A DNA stretch of 63,820 nt from contig NMRA01000476.1 of assembly GCA_002633005.1 (NCBI GenBank), positions 164,911 to 228,730 of the forward strand. The letters are read 5' to 3'. This document shows positions 1 through 11,400 of the stretch, piece after piece. Source of the stretch: Phoronis australis (lineage: Eukaryota; Animalia; Phoronida). Under the pieces are notes generated by a model. It searched no databases and was not told the DNA's origin. It worked only from the letters and a program-made list of their open reading frames with translations. Each line of letters begins with the position of its first letter. Positions within the stretch are counted from its first letter, which is position 1. The position numbers and the translations under genes are program-made.

Positions 1-29
1 CTGATCAAAGGAAGACTTCATATTATTTT

Positions 30-330
30 CAGTGACGGATTTAGGAGGGCCAAGGGTGCCATGCCTCCCCCCTAAAATTTTCCCAAATTCCATTTGGCAG
101 TTCGGGATGCGAATTGCTGACTTGCATATGCGCGTACCCAGGTGAGCTCGGGGGGCGAATGAACAATGCATAGGCATTGAAAAAAACGTTTTTTAATAAT
201 AAAATCCACAAACCCAAAAATTCAAGACCCCTATATTCCTACATTTTAGGCTGGGCGCGCGCCATGAGGCGAAATTCTGGTCATTCCTGTTCCTTGACCC
301 CCCAACTCAAAATCCTGGATCCGCCGTTCC
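30..330. mobile_element. hAT-like non-autonomous element/MITE (second, internally deleted copy at ~14380-14523)
   Basis: Ends CAGTGACGGATTTAGG...CCTGGATCCGCCGTT are imperfect inverted termini. Internal blocks (cccctaaaattttcccaaattccatttggcagt; ccccaactcaaaatcctgg) recur at 14400-14523. Confidence 0.45.
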
Positions 331-1392
331 ATATACAATCGGGTCCTTTTAGTCCTGTTGGCTCTTCTGAGCGAGTCTTCAATTTTTCACTGGCTGTCAA
401 CATTAAAGTTGACCGCTATGCCTCGAGTTAGCGACCGCCTGATGATTGCCGTCGTATTTCAATTAGTCGGCCGACATCAACCAACGGCCATCCGGCCCAT
501 CGACGTCCGGCAGTTGACCGTCGGGAAATGCCCACCGTCAAATGTGCACACGATATGCTGCGCAATAGGGCGTGTGACAAATTTCTGGCGATGGTCGCGA
601 AAAAGCATTAATTTTAGTCTTGAAATGTGAATTCTACTTCCTATTCCACAAAACATTGACCGAATCCAATCCGCAGTCATCGACATTTTTAAAAACGCTA
701 AGGTACCTTAGATGTGCAAAAACAATCGGGCATCAATCGTGGGTACCGCCTTGGTTATCGAGGTTAGCAAGCATTAGTGGAATTTTCTGCAAGATAACCA
801 TTGCCAAGTTGCATGAAACAATCCCCAATAGGGACTCACCAAGTTCCCTAAACCTACTGCACATTTGCCTCTTTGTTTATTCACAGTAGATGTAACTTTT
901 CATCCTTCTAATGATCTACTCTTTACTTGGACGTTTTCCAACACAAATAAAGAAAACCGAATTCAGTGAAAATAAATCCCTATTTAGTCATTAAATTGGG
1001 GGCGTTGTATGAAAACATATTTTCGATATTGACAATTCAAACTAAAGTTCACTGTTGATTTGTATCAAAGCCAAATACTGACTTAGTAATGAAACAAAAA
1101 CAGTGCAAGGACAATCCATGTTTTTACAAGCCCACAAATGCTTATTAGATTTAAGGAGCTTAGTCAGTCCCTGTTTTGGTACTGTTTCATGCAATAGGAC
1201 ACAGGGATCTTCACTTACAAATTGTAAATTATTGTCTTCCCCCAAAATCGCACATCATGCATGTGTAGCCTTACAACATTCACATACTTTCAACATGTTC
1301 CAAGCCTATAAAATGCTTGCATTGTCTGGGTCTACCTGATCCAAATGCTCTAACTTCAAGCAGTGAACATTTCTTCCTTGGGGTAAAATTAA

Positions 1393-2334
1393 AGTGTACA
1401 CAACATGACTCTAGTACCTCAAAATAAATTTTATTATTATATCTTACTTGATTTCAGTGCCTTTAGTGCACAGCTCATAAAGAAACACGCAAAAATTGAA
1501 AAAAATAATAATTATGTTCAACGTCATGGGTTGAACCCAGGTCGTTCGGATCAGAGACAAAGTGTATAGAAGAGAATGCAAAGTACATTTAGCGTCGAGA
1601 AGGTTCGTAGAGGGATCAAAAGATGTGTTTCCGGAGGCTGCAGCAACAGCAGCCAGGCGGAAAACGTCTCGGTGTTCCGAAGGACACCAAAGTTGCGCAG
1701 AAGTGGCATGACTTCGTGCGCCGAACGAGAGTGTGGGACGTCATCGTGGACCAAGAGATTCGGTCCGGGGCCACTCTGTGTTCTGCCCACTTTGAGGACT
1801 CGTGTTTCGACTCCAGTCACAGGAGACGATGAAGGCCTGGTTCAATAAAGGACAATATTTATCATTCAGAAACATCAGCTCTTAATTCAGGATCGTCTGT
1901 TGGATGACTGGGTTGACTCGCCGAGCCCGAGGCCGCTTCTCTCGCGGGAGGATCCAGTTCATAAGGCTCAAAGTAGAAAAGTACGCAGCCGGAAGCACAT
2001 TAAACTTGTTCTCGCTTTCGTGCAACCCCATTTCCTCATCCTGGCCACCATTCTCATACGTTTCTTCATAGTATTCGTTCAATTCTTGCTCATAATCGTC
2101 GTCACTTTCAAATTCCCTGGTCTCCGCCATTGTTCAATGCTAGTCACTGATCTCTTGTGTTCAACCCATGACGTCACATGGCGGGAAATGTGAAAATTGG
2201 CAAAATTGAAAGAAAAATCAAAATTTTGAGCTAATTACACAAAATAAACAGGGGTTTAGCTAAGTTTTACGTCTTACATTTAGTCTGTGGCCACCGGTAA
2301 TTCAAAATGTGCAAAAATCCATGGTGTGTACTGT
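1393..2334 (+). mobile_element. Kolobok-type non-autonomous DNA transposon (THAP remnant on +, acidic second-ORF remnant on -)
   Basis: TTAA at 1389-1392 and 2335-2338; imperfect TIR AGTGTACACAACATG / CATGGTGTGTACTGT. Frameshifted THAP (KRCVSGGCSNS...KWHDFVRRTR...LCSAHFEDSCF) at ~1615-1812; convergent acidic ORF starting at 2130. Confidence 0.75.
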
Positions 2335-2448
2335 TTAAGTAACTCTGTAAAGGCTGAAACTACACCAATAAATACAAATCTGTAGCATTTCACCATTTAT
2401 TTGACATACAGTCCATAATGAATAGTGTATGAATTGTGTATCTGGAGT

Positions 2449-5400
2449 TTAGTTCTTGTAACCACGACTCTTTCGTCTACCTCTAGCACATTCAAACTTG
2501 CGACCCTTGCTACGGACGTAAGGCCTGTAAAAGAAGAGCAAAAACAGTCATAGCCAATCAGAACTATGAAATGTACACACAAAATTCATTCACAAGTAAT
2601 AACTTAGATAGGAATCGGTTAGATATGAAGTACCTGATGTGCAAATTCACATGAAAAATTCTGGAAACTAATTTTCAACAGATGTTACGGGGCCACCTGG
2701 CTACTTGGAATTGATGACCGACAAACTGATGCAAAGATTGAGATGCCCTGTGCCCATGTTCAAAGACCCTGGAGTTCTTCAAACACCGGAAGAGGTTAGC
2801 CTAATCTTCATGGTAATCAGTCACCCATCCCCAGTGGGAGTAACGTTGGGAAAAAATCAGCGCATTTCCATAAAAGTATTTTTGACTCATTATATGGACA
2901 CCAAACCAAGCAGCCCAAAACAAACAGCCAAGACCTGAAGGGGAGACACTAGAAAATGTTAAAATTTGGCAAACTTCGAAACACCATATCTCAGAAAGAT
3001 GGCCAAGTGAATTCAAATAAAAGTTTCAGATCTGAATTAAAATCTTCTCCAAAATGCTGCTCAGAATTCTTTTTAAAATGTTCCACTTTGGCACAAAGGA
3101 CAATAACAAATTGGCACATCCCAGATTTTCAAAGTTGCATAAAAACAAAGGTTAACTTAAAAACTGACAGTGTTTTTGAGATATCATCCTGTACAAGAGC
3201 AACGTGAAGTGTTGAAATATGCCCACAACTGCGCCACACAGGGTGAACTTCTAGGGATATTTATCAGTATCGTAAAAGGGCCATTAAGATGGCGCAGAAT
3301 ATGAACCCGTCCAAAAATGGGAAGGTGTTATCGTCTTCCTAATAGAGAACCATTCGTCTTATTTTATGAAAATATGCCACGAAATAGCTAAAGGTGAAGA
3401 GGCAAATGTGAAAAAACAAATTGTCGTTAGGAGGCACAGTGTTCACAATTGTCAGACCTGTCCAAAAGTCAATGTCAGTCATGGTATTCTCGTTAGGAAC
3501 ACATATACTAAGTTTCATAACGATCCTTTGGGTGGTTTGACAGATATTGAGGCACACACCAAAAACAGACTCGAAATAGTAAAAATGGCCACTAGTTAGC
3601 AGAGCGGTACTCGGATTGATCCGAAAGTCATTGTCAGTCATCAGATACAAACCACATTATGATCCTGCTAAGGACTGAGGAGATACAGCAGCAGGTGCCC
3701 AGACAGAGATGACAGCAATATGCACCCACAATATTGTGGGTGCATAACAAGCATCATTAACAACCTATCAGTCAGGGTCAAAACTTACTTAGTCGTGCTG
3801 TGTGGTACACCTGTAGCAGGTCCAAAATGTCTCTGTGCTTCACGTGCTTTGCGGGGTCCTAGAAGTTACAAGTACAAAATGAATACTGGTATGCTTTAGA
3901 ACTTGGCCAGCTGGAAAGCAGTCTTTGAATGAGCAAGCCATGATCTTGAAATATATTCAACAAAAAACCAATACAAATATGAACAAAAGAATTCAACACC
4001 ACATGCTTATGTATATGTGCGTATATAGGTTATACCTCATACATAGGAATACTACTGCCATATCCTGAAGAGAATTTATTCCACCTGGGAATGTCCCACA
4101 GACACAAAGGTCTAGCTGGAATATTCCCAGATGTAATGAATTCGAGATGCAATATCAACTGCAGTACAATATCCCAGAGGTATTCCTAAGTGGGATAACC
4201 TATTAATACCATTATCTCATTCATATTGCCGCGACATCTAATTGCCACGTCCTTTGAATAATTGTCACACGATGTCATAAATATACAATTAAGTCATGAT
4301 GTTGAATAACTAGTAGTTTTGTTTCATTAAAAAATTATAAAAACCTTCAATTTGTGAAATATGTAAGTTAAAACAATGAGCCATTATAACATTTAAATTT
4401 TGCCAGAAATGATCCATTTGGGATCGTAAAATCTGTCAACAATAACTAAGCAGTTGTCCAGGCGTCAAGTCTGCCTCTAGGAATTTCTCAGTTTTCTAGG
4501 TCTACTTTTTGTTTCATGGCTTCTGGAATGGAAATAGTGATAGAAATATTTCCTGCGTGGATGCCAGTACTGGAAATAAGGGACACTATGCTCGGCAACA
4601 CGATCGATAAGCAGAATTTGTACTCAAGACCGCTGCGAGAGACGGTAGAGCCGAGGAACACAGCAAGCAGACTATTGTGCCAGTTAAGAAATATGTACTC
4701 CATATTAGATCGCAATTTCCTGTAGGTATCTTGGTTCAGAAGAACACTTCCCTGCATGGATGCCTGAAAATCAAGAACTGACCAAACCCAGGCAGGAAAA
4801 TGTGAACAATTAGCACTAAGGCACTTTGTAAGCAAACTTTTTGCATGAAGCGACACACTGATTGACATGAATCATAACTATATCCCTTTTGCCTTCAGCA
4901 GAGGATAAACAATTTACACAAGAATGGGGACAACACCAGTGGTAAACTGTGCAAAACAAGTTAATTAAAAGATATACCTACCTTGGATGAGGACAGTGTT
5001 TTGTCCCTTTGGAGCTTGCAGAGCTAGCTGATCAAAAGTGATGATCTCACCACCAGCCTTAAGGATGCGAGCACGAGCTCCACTAGTCAGACGAAGGGCA
5101 CACACCTGTGATATATGTACACAGTGTAATCACACACAGGATAAAGATAACTTTTGACTACAGATATAAACTAAGACATTACAAATTTACACAAAATAAG
5201 GGAAATTTCACCTCTAGACATGCCAGTTCAAGGATGCATTAAATAGGGATTCCCACTTCTCAAAATTTAAAGAGTGCGGAACCATGCTAGGCCACATAGG
5301 GCGCGCATGTGACAAAAGACTATAGATGGGTTTAGTGCAGGCTTCCTAAGAATTCTTTTAGGAAATTTAGAGCTTGTTTTCTGCATTTTAGGAAACTCTG

Positions 5401-8400
5401 CATACTAAAATTATGTTTTACTTAAATCACGATCTTGACACTAAAGAAAAAAATTTTCCCTCAAAGTTTTATTTTGTACTTGAAAGCTGTAAAGCTGTTG
5501 TTGGTTGTATCCGAGCAATCCTAAACTCTATCAGACAAAATAGATGCATCAAGCACCCAGTACCCACAGCTAGTACATTATAAAACCAGGGTTATATTTG
5601 GCAATTTCTCGAGAAGTTGTCGATACGTATACAGCCGCAAGACACTGGTGATGAAAGACTTTGGCTTGTACAACAAAGAGAGAATGGATTAATTCCAGAA
5701 CACAACAAACCTGTGCACTCATTTTCAGAGGTGGTCATTAATGTTTGGTCAGGAAGGTTGGACAATTGATATCCAAACTCTAGCATAATCTTGCCTAACT
5801 TTCAAAATGCGTCATATAGCATGCACAACAGTATACTATCTTCAAGTGGTGTAACATGTATCCAATTGTATTAAAACAGGGTCTGCCAAGAAACGGCTTT
5901 TACGGAAACAAGCTCACCTTCAGTTTGGGACAGTCGAGTAAGCGCACATCATCAGTTATGGTACCCACAACCACAGCAGTCTTGCCATCACGTCCGGCCA
6001 GTTTCATCTTGCGGACCTGCATAGAGAAATCACGGTTTTGACCTGTACCCTGGTAAAATGTGGCAGGGGGCTATTCCACACACGATCAGCTGTTCTTGTA
6101 AGTGCGCGGTACGGACTAAACCATTCAAATGTGCAGTTGACCATTTGCTCCCCGTGACGACACTTCAATCTTCTCTACCATCTGAGTCCGATCAAGTTGA
6201 GCAAGTACTACCTCGGAAAGGTCAGGTAAATAGTCACAGTAGCGGCATCATAATTATTTGCTTAAAATAATAAACATTTAGACACTAGAGAGTAACTGAA
6301 AAGCAGTTCAATAAAACTAAGTCATATGGGTCGCATTGAACAACAAAAATTACACTTCCATCAACGACCCGTGAAACAATGCCAACATCGAGTGTTCTTC
6401 AGGATATCATGGGCTGACTGAAAGCACTACCAATACTTACCAATCGAGACAGACTTAGTGCTGGTCTGTTGATCTTGCTCATGAAGAGTCTCCTCAGGAC
6501 AATCTTGTTGAACTTGGAGCTGGTGCGACGGGCCAGGAATCTGTACAGCTGTAACAATGAAGGCATAAATTTGACAGGATACTTTGGCCAAACCGGACTT
6601 CTAGTGCTTCACTACACTTGTATATCTTACAAAATATTGACTTTCTCAACTAGGCACAAGACTTCACTCTTAAAGTCACCAACTTCTCATTTTTACCATT
6701 TCCGATTGATCCTGAATTGTTTGTAATGGGAGACTTTCAAACAACAACTTGGTGACTGGTCGTATGGGAATGGATACCCCTGGCATCTTGAGGATGAGGA
6801 GGCACTATACAACTTGTTAAAACACATTCCGTATTATCACATCAATTGTAAAAGGGTCTTTTCACCGAGGCAAACTGTTCCCCTATGCCACCTGCTGCAA
6901 CGACAAAGTAGCTTCTGGTTCACCTAGGTAACGATACGAGTCACCGACTCCACGTGACTAACACCATTGGTTTCTGAAAGTCTCTTATTGCAACTAGTCA
7001 AGATTTTATAAGTTTTCACAATTTTTAAAATTGTTTTTAATAAACATATCCGTTTTTAGTCGACAAAATAAACTTTTGGAAACAGTAGGCAGTCATGCAA
7101 CTACAACTTTTCCAGAGGACATCGACTGAATTCTACGATTTTTGTTAGAGAATGCAACGACATGCGGCTATGGGATTTTTTGTACCCAGATTTAAGATCA
7201 TGATTTGTTATGGTGTTTAACATTAAAAAATCAGTTTAATTTGAAGTTAACTATCTTATTTGCCAAACTTAGTCCAGTCTGAACTTAGCACGACATCAAC
7301 GGCATTGTTTAACAATTGTAGTGAAACCTGGTTGTACAAGCACATCATTCTTAATATTCGCAGGTCGAGGCTCGATGCTTTGTAAATGAAAACTTTACCA
7401 GTTGCCACAAAAACAATGTTAGAACTCTTTTAATTAGTCTTAATTTAGTTTCTATGACAAATCGACTCGCAAAACATCAGGTATTTTTGTAAAAAATGGC
7501 AGCCGTATTCGTTTTTGTTACATTATGCGAAAACTAAGCCTTTATATCTAAAATCCTAACAGCGATTTTGAGATTGATAAGTTAATATTTTGAAGATATC
7601 CCACCATGACCCTGTGTCTCTAAGAGATTTTTATTAATACATCATAAGAGCTTTTAGTATACCTGTTGCTAAGAAACGAACCAAAAATTTTAAGAAAATT
7701 TTTTTTTGTTATTGAGTTGTACATAATGGGTGGAAGACCGCCTCCGCCATTGTTGTTTTTACCAGTGCGATACTGAGGAGTTGTGAAGAAAGTCCATGGA
7801 GAGCCGCCTTTTTCAAACATGAAAAGGTGCGCTTGTGGAGACTGTAGTAACAGCAACTTGACTGAGAACGTCTCTGTGTTCAAATTTCCTACATACATGA
7901 AAGTTGCACAGAAATGGCATCGGTTTGTGCACCGCACGAGAATGTGAAACGTCAGTGTGGAAGAACATGCAATTCAGTCCAAAGCCACACTTAGTTTGGC
8001 ACATTTCAAGGAATCGTGTTTCGACCAAACACGAAAGTGACGTTACGAAGGATTCGCCACCTTGTAAGTGTATTTGCAAATTTTAAAAATAGCGAACTAA
8101 CTGCATCCATCCTTGGGCAAAGATGTCAGGCCTTCGACCACGATCCAAATCTAATGTCGGCTAGTGCATTGTGTTTAGACTGTGCAATGAGTGAATACAA
8201 GTGACCCAGGTTTACAGTGGCCGTGTCAGTGATTATTGTCTATTTTATGAATACTGACCACCCCTTGGTTCAGTTGGTAGTGGTTCACATGTTTGCAGCA
8301 TTTCTCGAGCAAGTGGGTCGAGTTCATACGGCCTCAAAGCCGACGAAAGTTTGCTAAGTGAGAAATCGAAGTTCATTGTCCTATTCTTCAAGTACTTGAG

Positions 8401-11400
8401 TGTGATGTCCGTATCCACTCTTCTCTCTGTCTGCATAATAATTGTCCAGGTATGGCTAAAAATCGTCCTCGTCATCTGATCTGCTGTTGTTCTTCCATTG
8501 CAACTGTCAAGTGACCAAATGTCTTCCACCCATTACATCATTTGACAGGAAACTTGAAAATAACTAGTTTTTCTTCAACATTAAAATAAATCGCTGCTAG
8601 CTGGCATTAAAAGTGCTGATTTAGCTGGATTTTATGGTACTCGTTTCATATTAGTTAACTGAAACTTCAAATACAAGAAAATGCATGGTGGTAACTCTTT
8701 AATTTTTAATCATGAACTGAAAGTTTGGAAAGTTTCTGCAAAATACACCTAGCCGTGTTCCTAAGTTCAAATTAAGTCCATTTGCCGAAGCCGAGAAAAA
8801 GCCGATTAAGTTGGGAGACGTGAAAGTCTCAAGGTCTTCAGTTAGTTACATGGTGAAAAATTGTTTTTGGTTAATATAACCTGTCCATACCTTAAAGGCG
8901 AAGGCAACCTTTTTCCATGTCATTTTGAGCTAAAATAAGGTTTTTCGGTTATCCTAGACATATTTTCCACTTAATTACAGCTTTTCGTAATTTTATTAAT
9001 TACTCGTCCGCTACTGCGGAAGTGACGTTTTAGGAGGCAAGCATTTCGCGCCAATTTCTTTTCATATAGTCTGACTGTGAGAGCTGCAGAGTCAGTCAAT
9101 GTTCTACCTCGGTTGTGTTAAGTTCCGTCGTCGTTTGCTTTAATTTACTAGTCAGTCAACATGCCACACTGTTGCTGCGTACCGGAATGTACTAATTATC
9201 GGCTCACGCGCGCTTTGGGAGTACGTTTGCATCGCTTTCCGATGGATGACACACTTCGCCGTACTTGGCTCGTTCGTGTGAAGAACACAGCGTTACCCGT
9301 CCACGCAACGTACAAAGCAGTGGAGAATTACCGTGTGTGTGGCAAGCACTTTCTGCCCTCCGGTTACGAAAGGGATTTGTACGCTGAACTGATGAAGCTC
9401 CCTGCGAAACAACGCCTGAAGAAGGATGCCATTCCGTCTGTGTAGATTCCCGGCAATGCCCCGTCGCCACACCCGAGAAGTGCGTTTTTGAAGCGAGAAG
9501 CCTCGCGAGCTGTGGCCAGTACAGTGACTGGAGCCAGTGGAGGCACTTCATCTACTGTCACCCGTGCCTCCGAACGTACCCCAGAGCGTGCAATTCCTGG
9601 AACCAGTAGTGATTCGCCCTGTGCTGTTTTCTCCAGCCCAGAGCCTCTAAGCAGCCCTGCAGCGATATTGAGTAGTGGGAGTGATTACAGGCCCAGTTCG
9701 ACACCCAGTGAAGAGGACAGTTCGTCGTCCAGTGAACAGATCGGTGAGCCAAACTTTGATAAGTTTATTGTGGACTTGTCTAAAGTGTTGGAGCTATTTA
9801 GAAGGTGCCAGGTGTGTGGCGAGGGAGTCACACGACACAATGTAAGCAGTTTGGGTGCTCAGGTCACCATCCAGTGGGAGTGTGTCACGGGACACTCTGG
9901 CAAGTGGGACAGTTGTTCCTCTGTCCGTGGTATGCCGGAGGTCCACTTAACCATGTCCAGTGGTGTGCTCTTCACTGGAAACACGTTTCAGTCGGTGAAG
10001 ACAATGATGGACTTTGGAAAAGTCAAGTTTTTTTTCGAAAACAACATTCAACAACATTCAGAATTCCTATTTAATACCAGTTGTCAATGACGCATACATG
10101 TCACAACATCTCGAGTTGGTGGCGGAATTCATGGAGAAGGAGAACTTGTCTGACTCACCAGGGCGGTCCGCCAAGTATACCACATACACTCTAATGGAGG
10201 AAGAGACCAAAAAGATAATTGATGTGGAACTCGGAACAGCACAAGCATTCAATTGAGGTAGGCATAACAACGCACACAGTGCATTTGCACCAAGATGTGT
10301 CACCACGTCTGTCTTCAGTAGCCGCCTCGTTTCTCTCAACAGCTGCCTGTGCCTGTGTGTACTCTGCCTCGTTGTACTCGGGCTCAAACATGTACCCACC
10401 CACTGAATGTCCGTGAAAAAATTCCTCGTCACCACTGCTGTGAACAAGGTCTCCGTCACTCACACTACTGTCACTGTGATACGGGTCACCGACTCCAGCC
10501 ATTTTCAGCTTACAACACACTAAACAATCCCTAAATCCAACGCAGTTGAGTTCTCTACTAACCTATCTTGCCGCAGAATACTCGCCGATGGAAAGTGGTG
10601 GCGACAATTGGTGAAAAATAGCACAAAACAAAAGTAGAATAGAACAGATTCGCACAGTAAGCTCAACGCAAAACCAAGTGGCGGGAAGCGCTTGCCTCCT
10701 AAAACGTCACTTCCGGAGTAGCGGAAGAGTAATTAATAAAATTACGAAAAGCTGTAATTAAGTGGAAAATATGTCTAGGATAACCAACCCACCTTATTTT
10801 AGCTCAAAATGACATGGAAAAAGGTTGCCTTCGCCTTTAACTGTGTTCACAATTTCAACATTCACTGGCAATGTCAACTGAATTTGCAGTGCCTAATTAA
10901 TTAACACTAAAACGTTTCAATTATGTGACCATCTCCAGTCTGACGGCTGGGGTCAACTGTTGACCTACTTAAAAGTAGGTCAACAGTTCATGCGCCAAGG
11001 GACGATAAGTCACCAAGTACAATATGGACAACAGAAGTCATGTCGGTAGTTAAAGCGGGTCGTGAGCATGAGATCGAAACAACGAAATGTCAAATTACCC
11101 ATCAAATTAATGAATTTGGGCGAGGATTTATCTCTTTTCATACCTTGCTGTGTTCGTGAACACAGTCAGAGGCGTACGACGACTTGGAGCAATGGTCGTA
11201 TGCACGCAGACGCATAACTACGTTTTGTCATCGTTCGCTTTCCCCCACATCTTTTTATCACATGTACACCTCGTTGACTCATTAATACGGTGACTTGGTG
11301 AATGAAAGGACTGAGGGTACATACGAAGCTGCTCTGTGCCTGACAAGAGATTTGAGTGACAACCCTATATTTTTTGACGTCGAATAAGTTGTAAACATAT

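Larger units (their letters stand above)
8896..10836 (+). mobile_element. Kolobok DNA transposon, internally deleted, ~158-bp TIRs, TTAA-flanked
   Basis: TTAA at 8892-8895 and 10837-10840; termini AGGCGAAGGCAACC...GGTTGCCTTCGCCT; near-perfect long TIRs 8896-9053 / ~10678-10836; two convergent ORF remnants inside. Confidence 0.92.
7400..11360. repeat. Older dispersed repeat in RPL18 intron 2, interrupted by three insertions; uninterrupted paralog at ~29400-30160
   Basis: Segments ~7430-7590, 8703-8891, 10841-10927 and 11041-11360 align by eye, in order, with 29400-30160 (e.g. atttcaacattcactggcaatgtcaactgaatttgc; aatttgggcgaggatttatct; gtgaatgaaaggactg). Confidence 0.65.

Noticed and set aside
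6071-6126. U17/snR30 m1/m2-like words (TATTCC, AAACCAT)
   Set aside because: On the strand opposite to the RPL18 host gene and with no ACA box at the expected distance.
9161-9445. Stand-alone host THAP transcription-factor gene
   Set aside because: It lies between transposon TIRs and continues in frame past a single TAG into transposase sequence.
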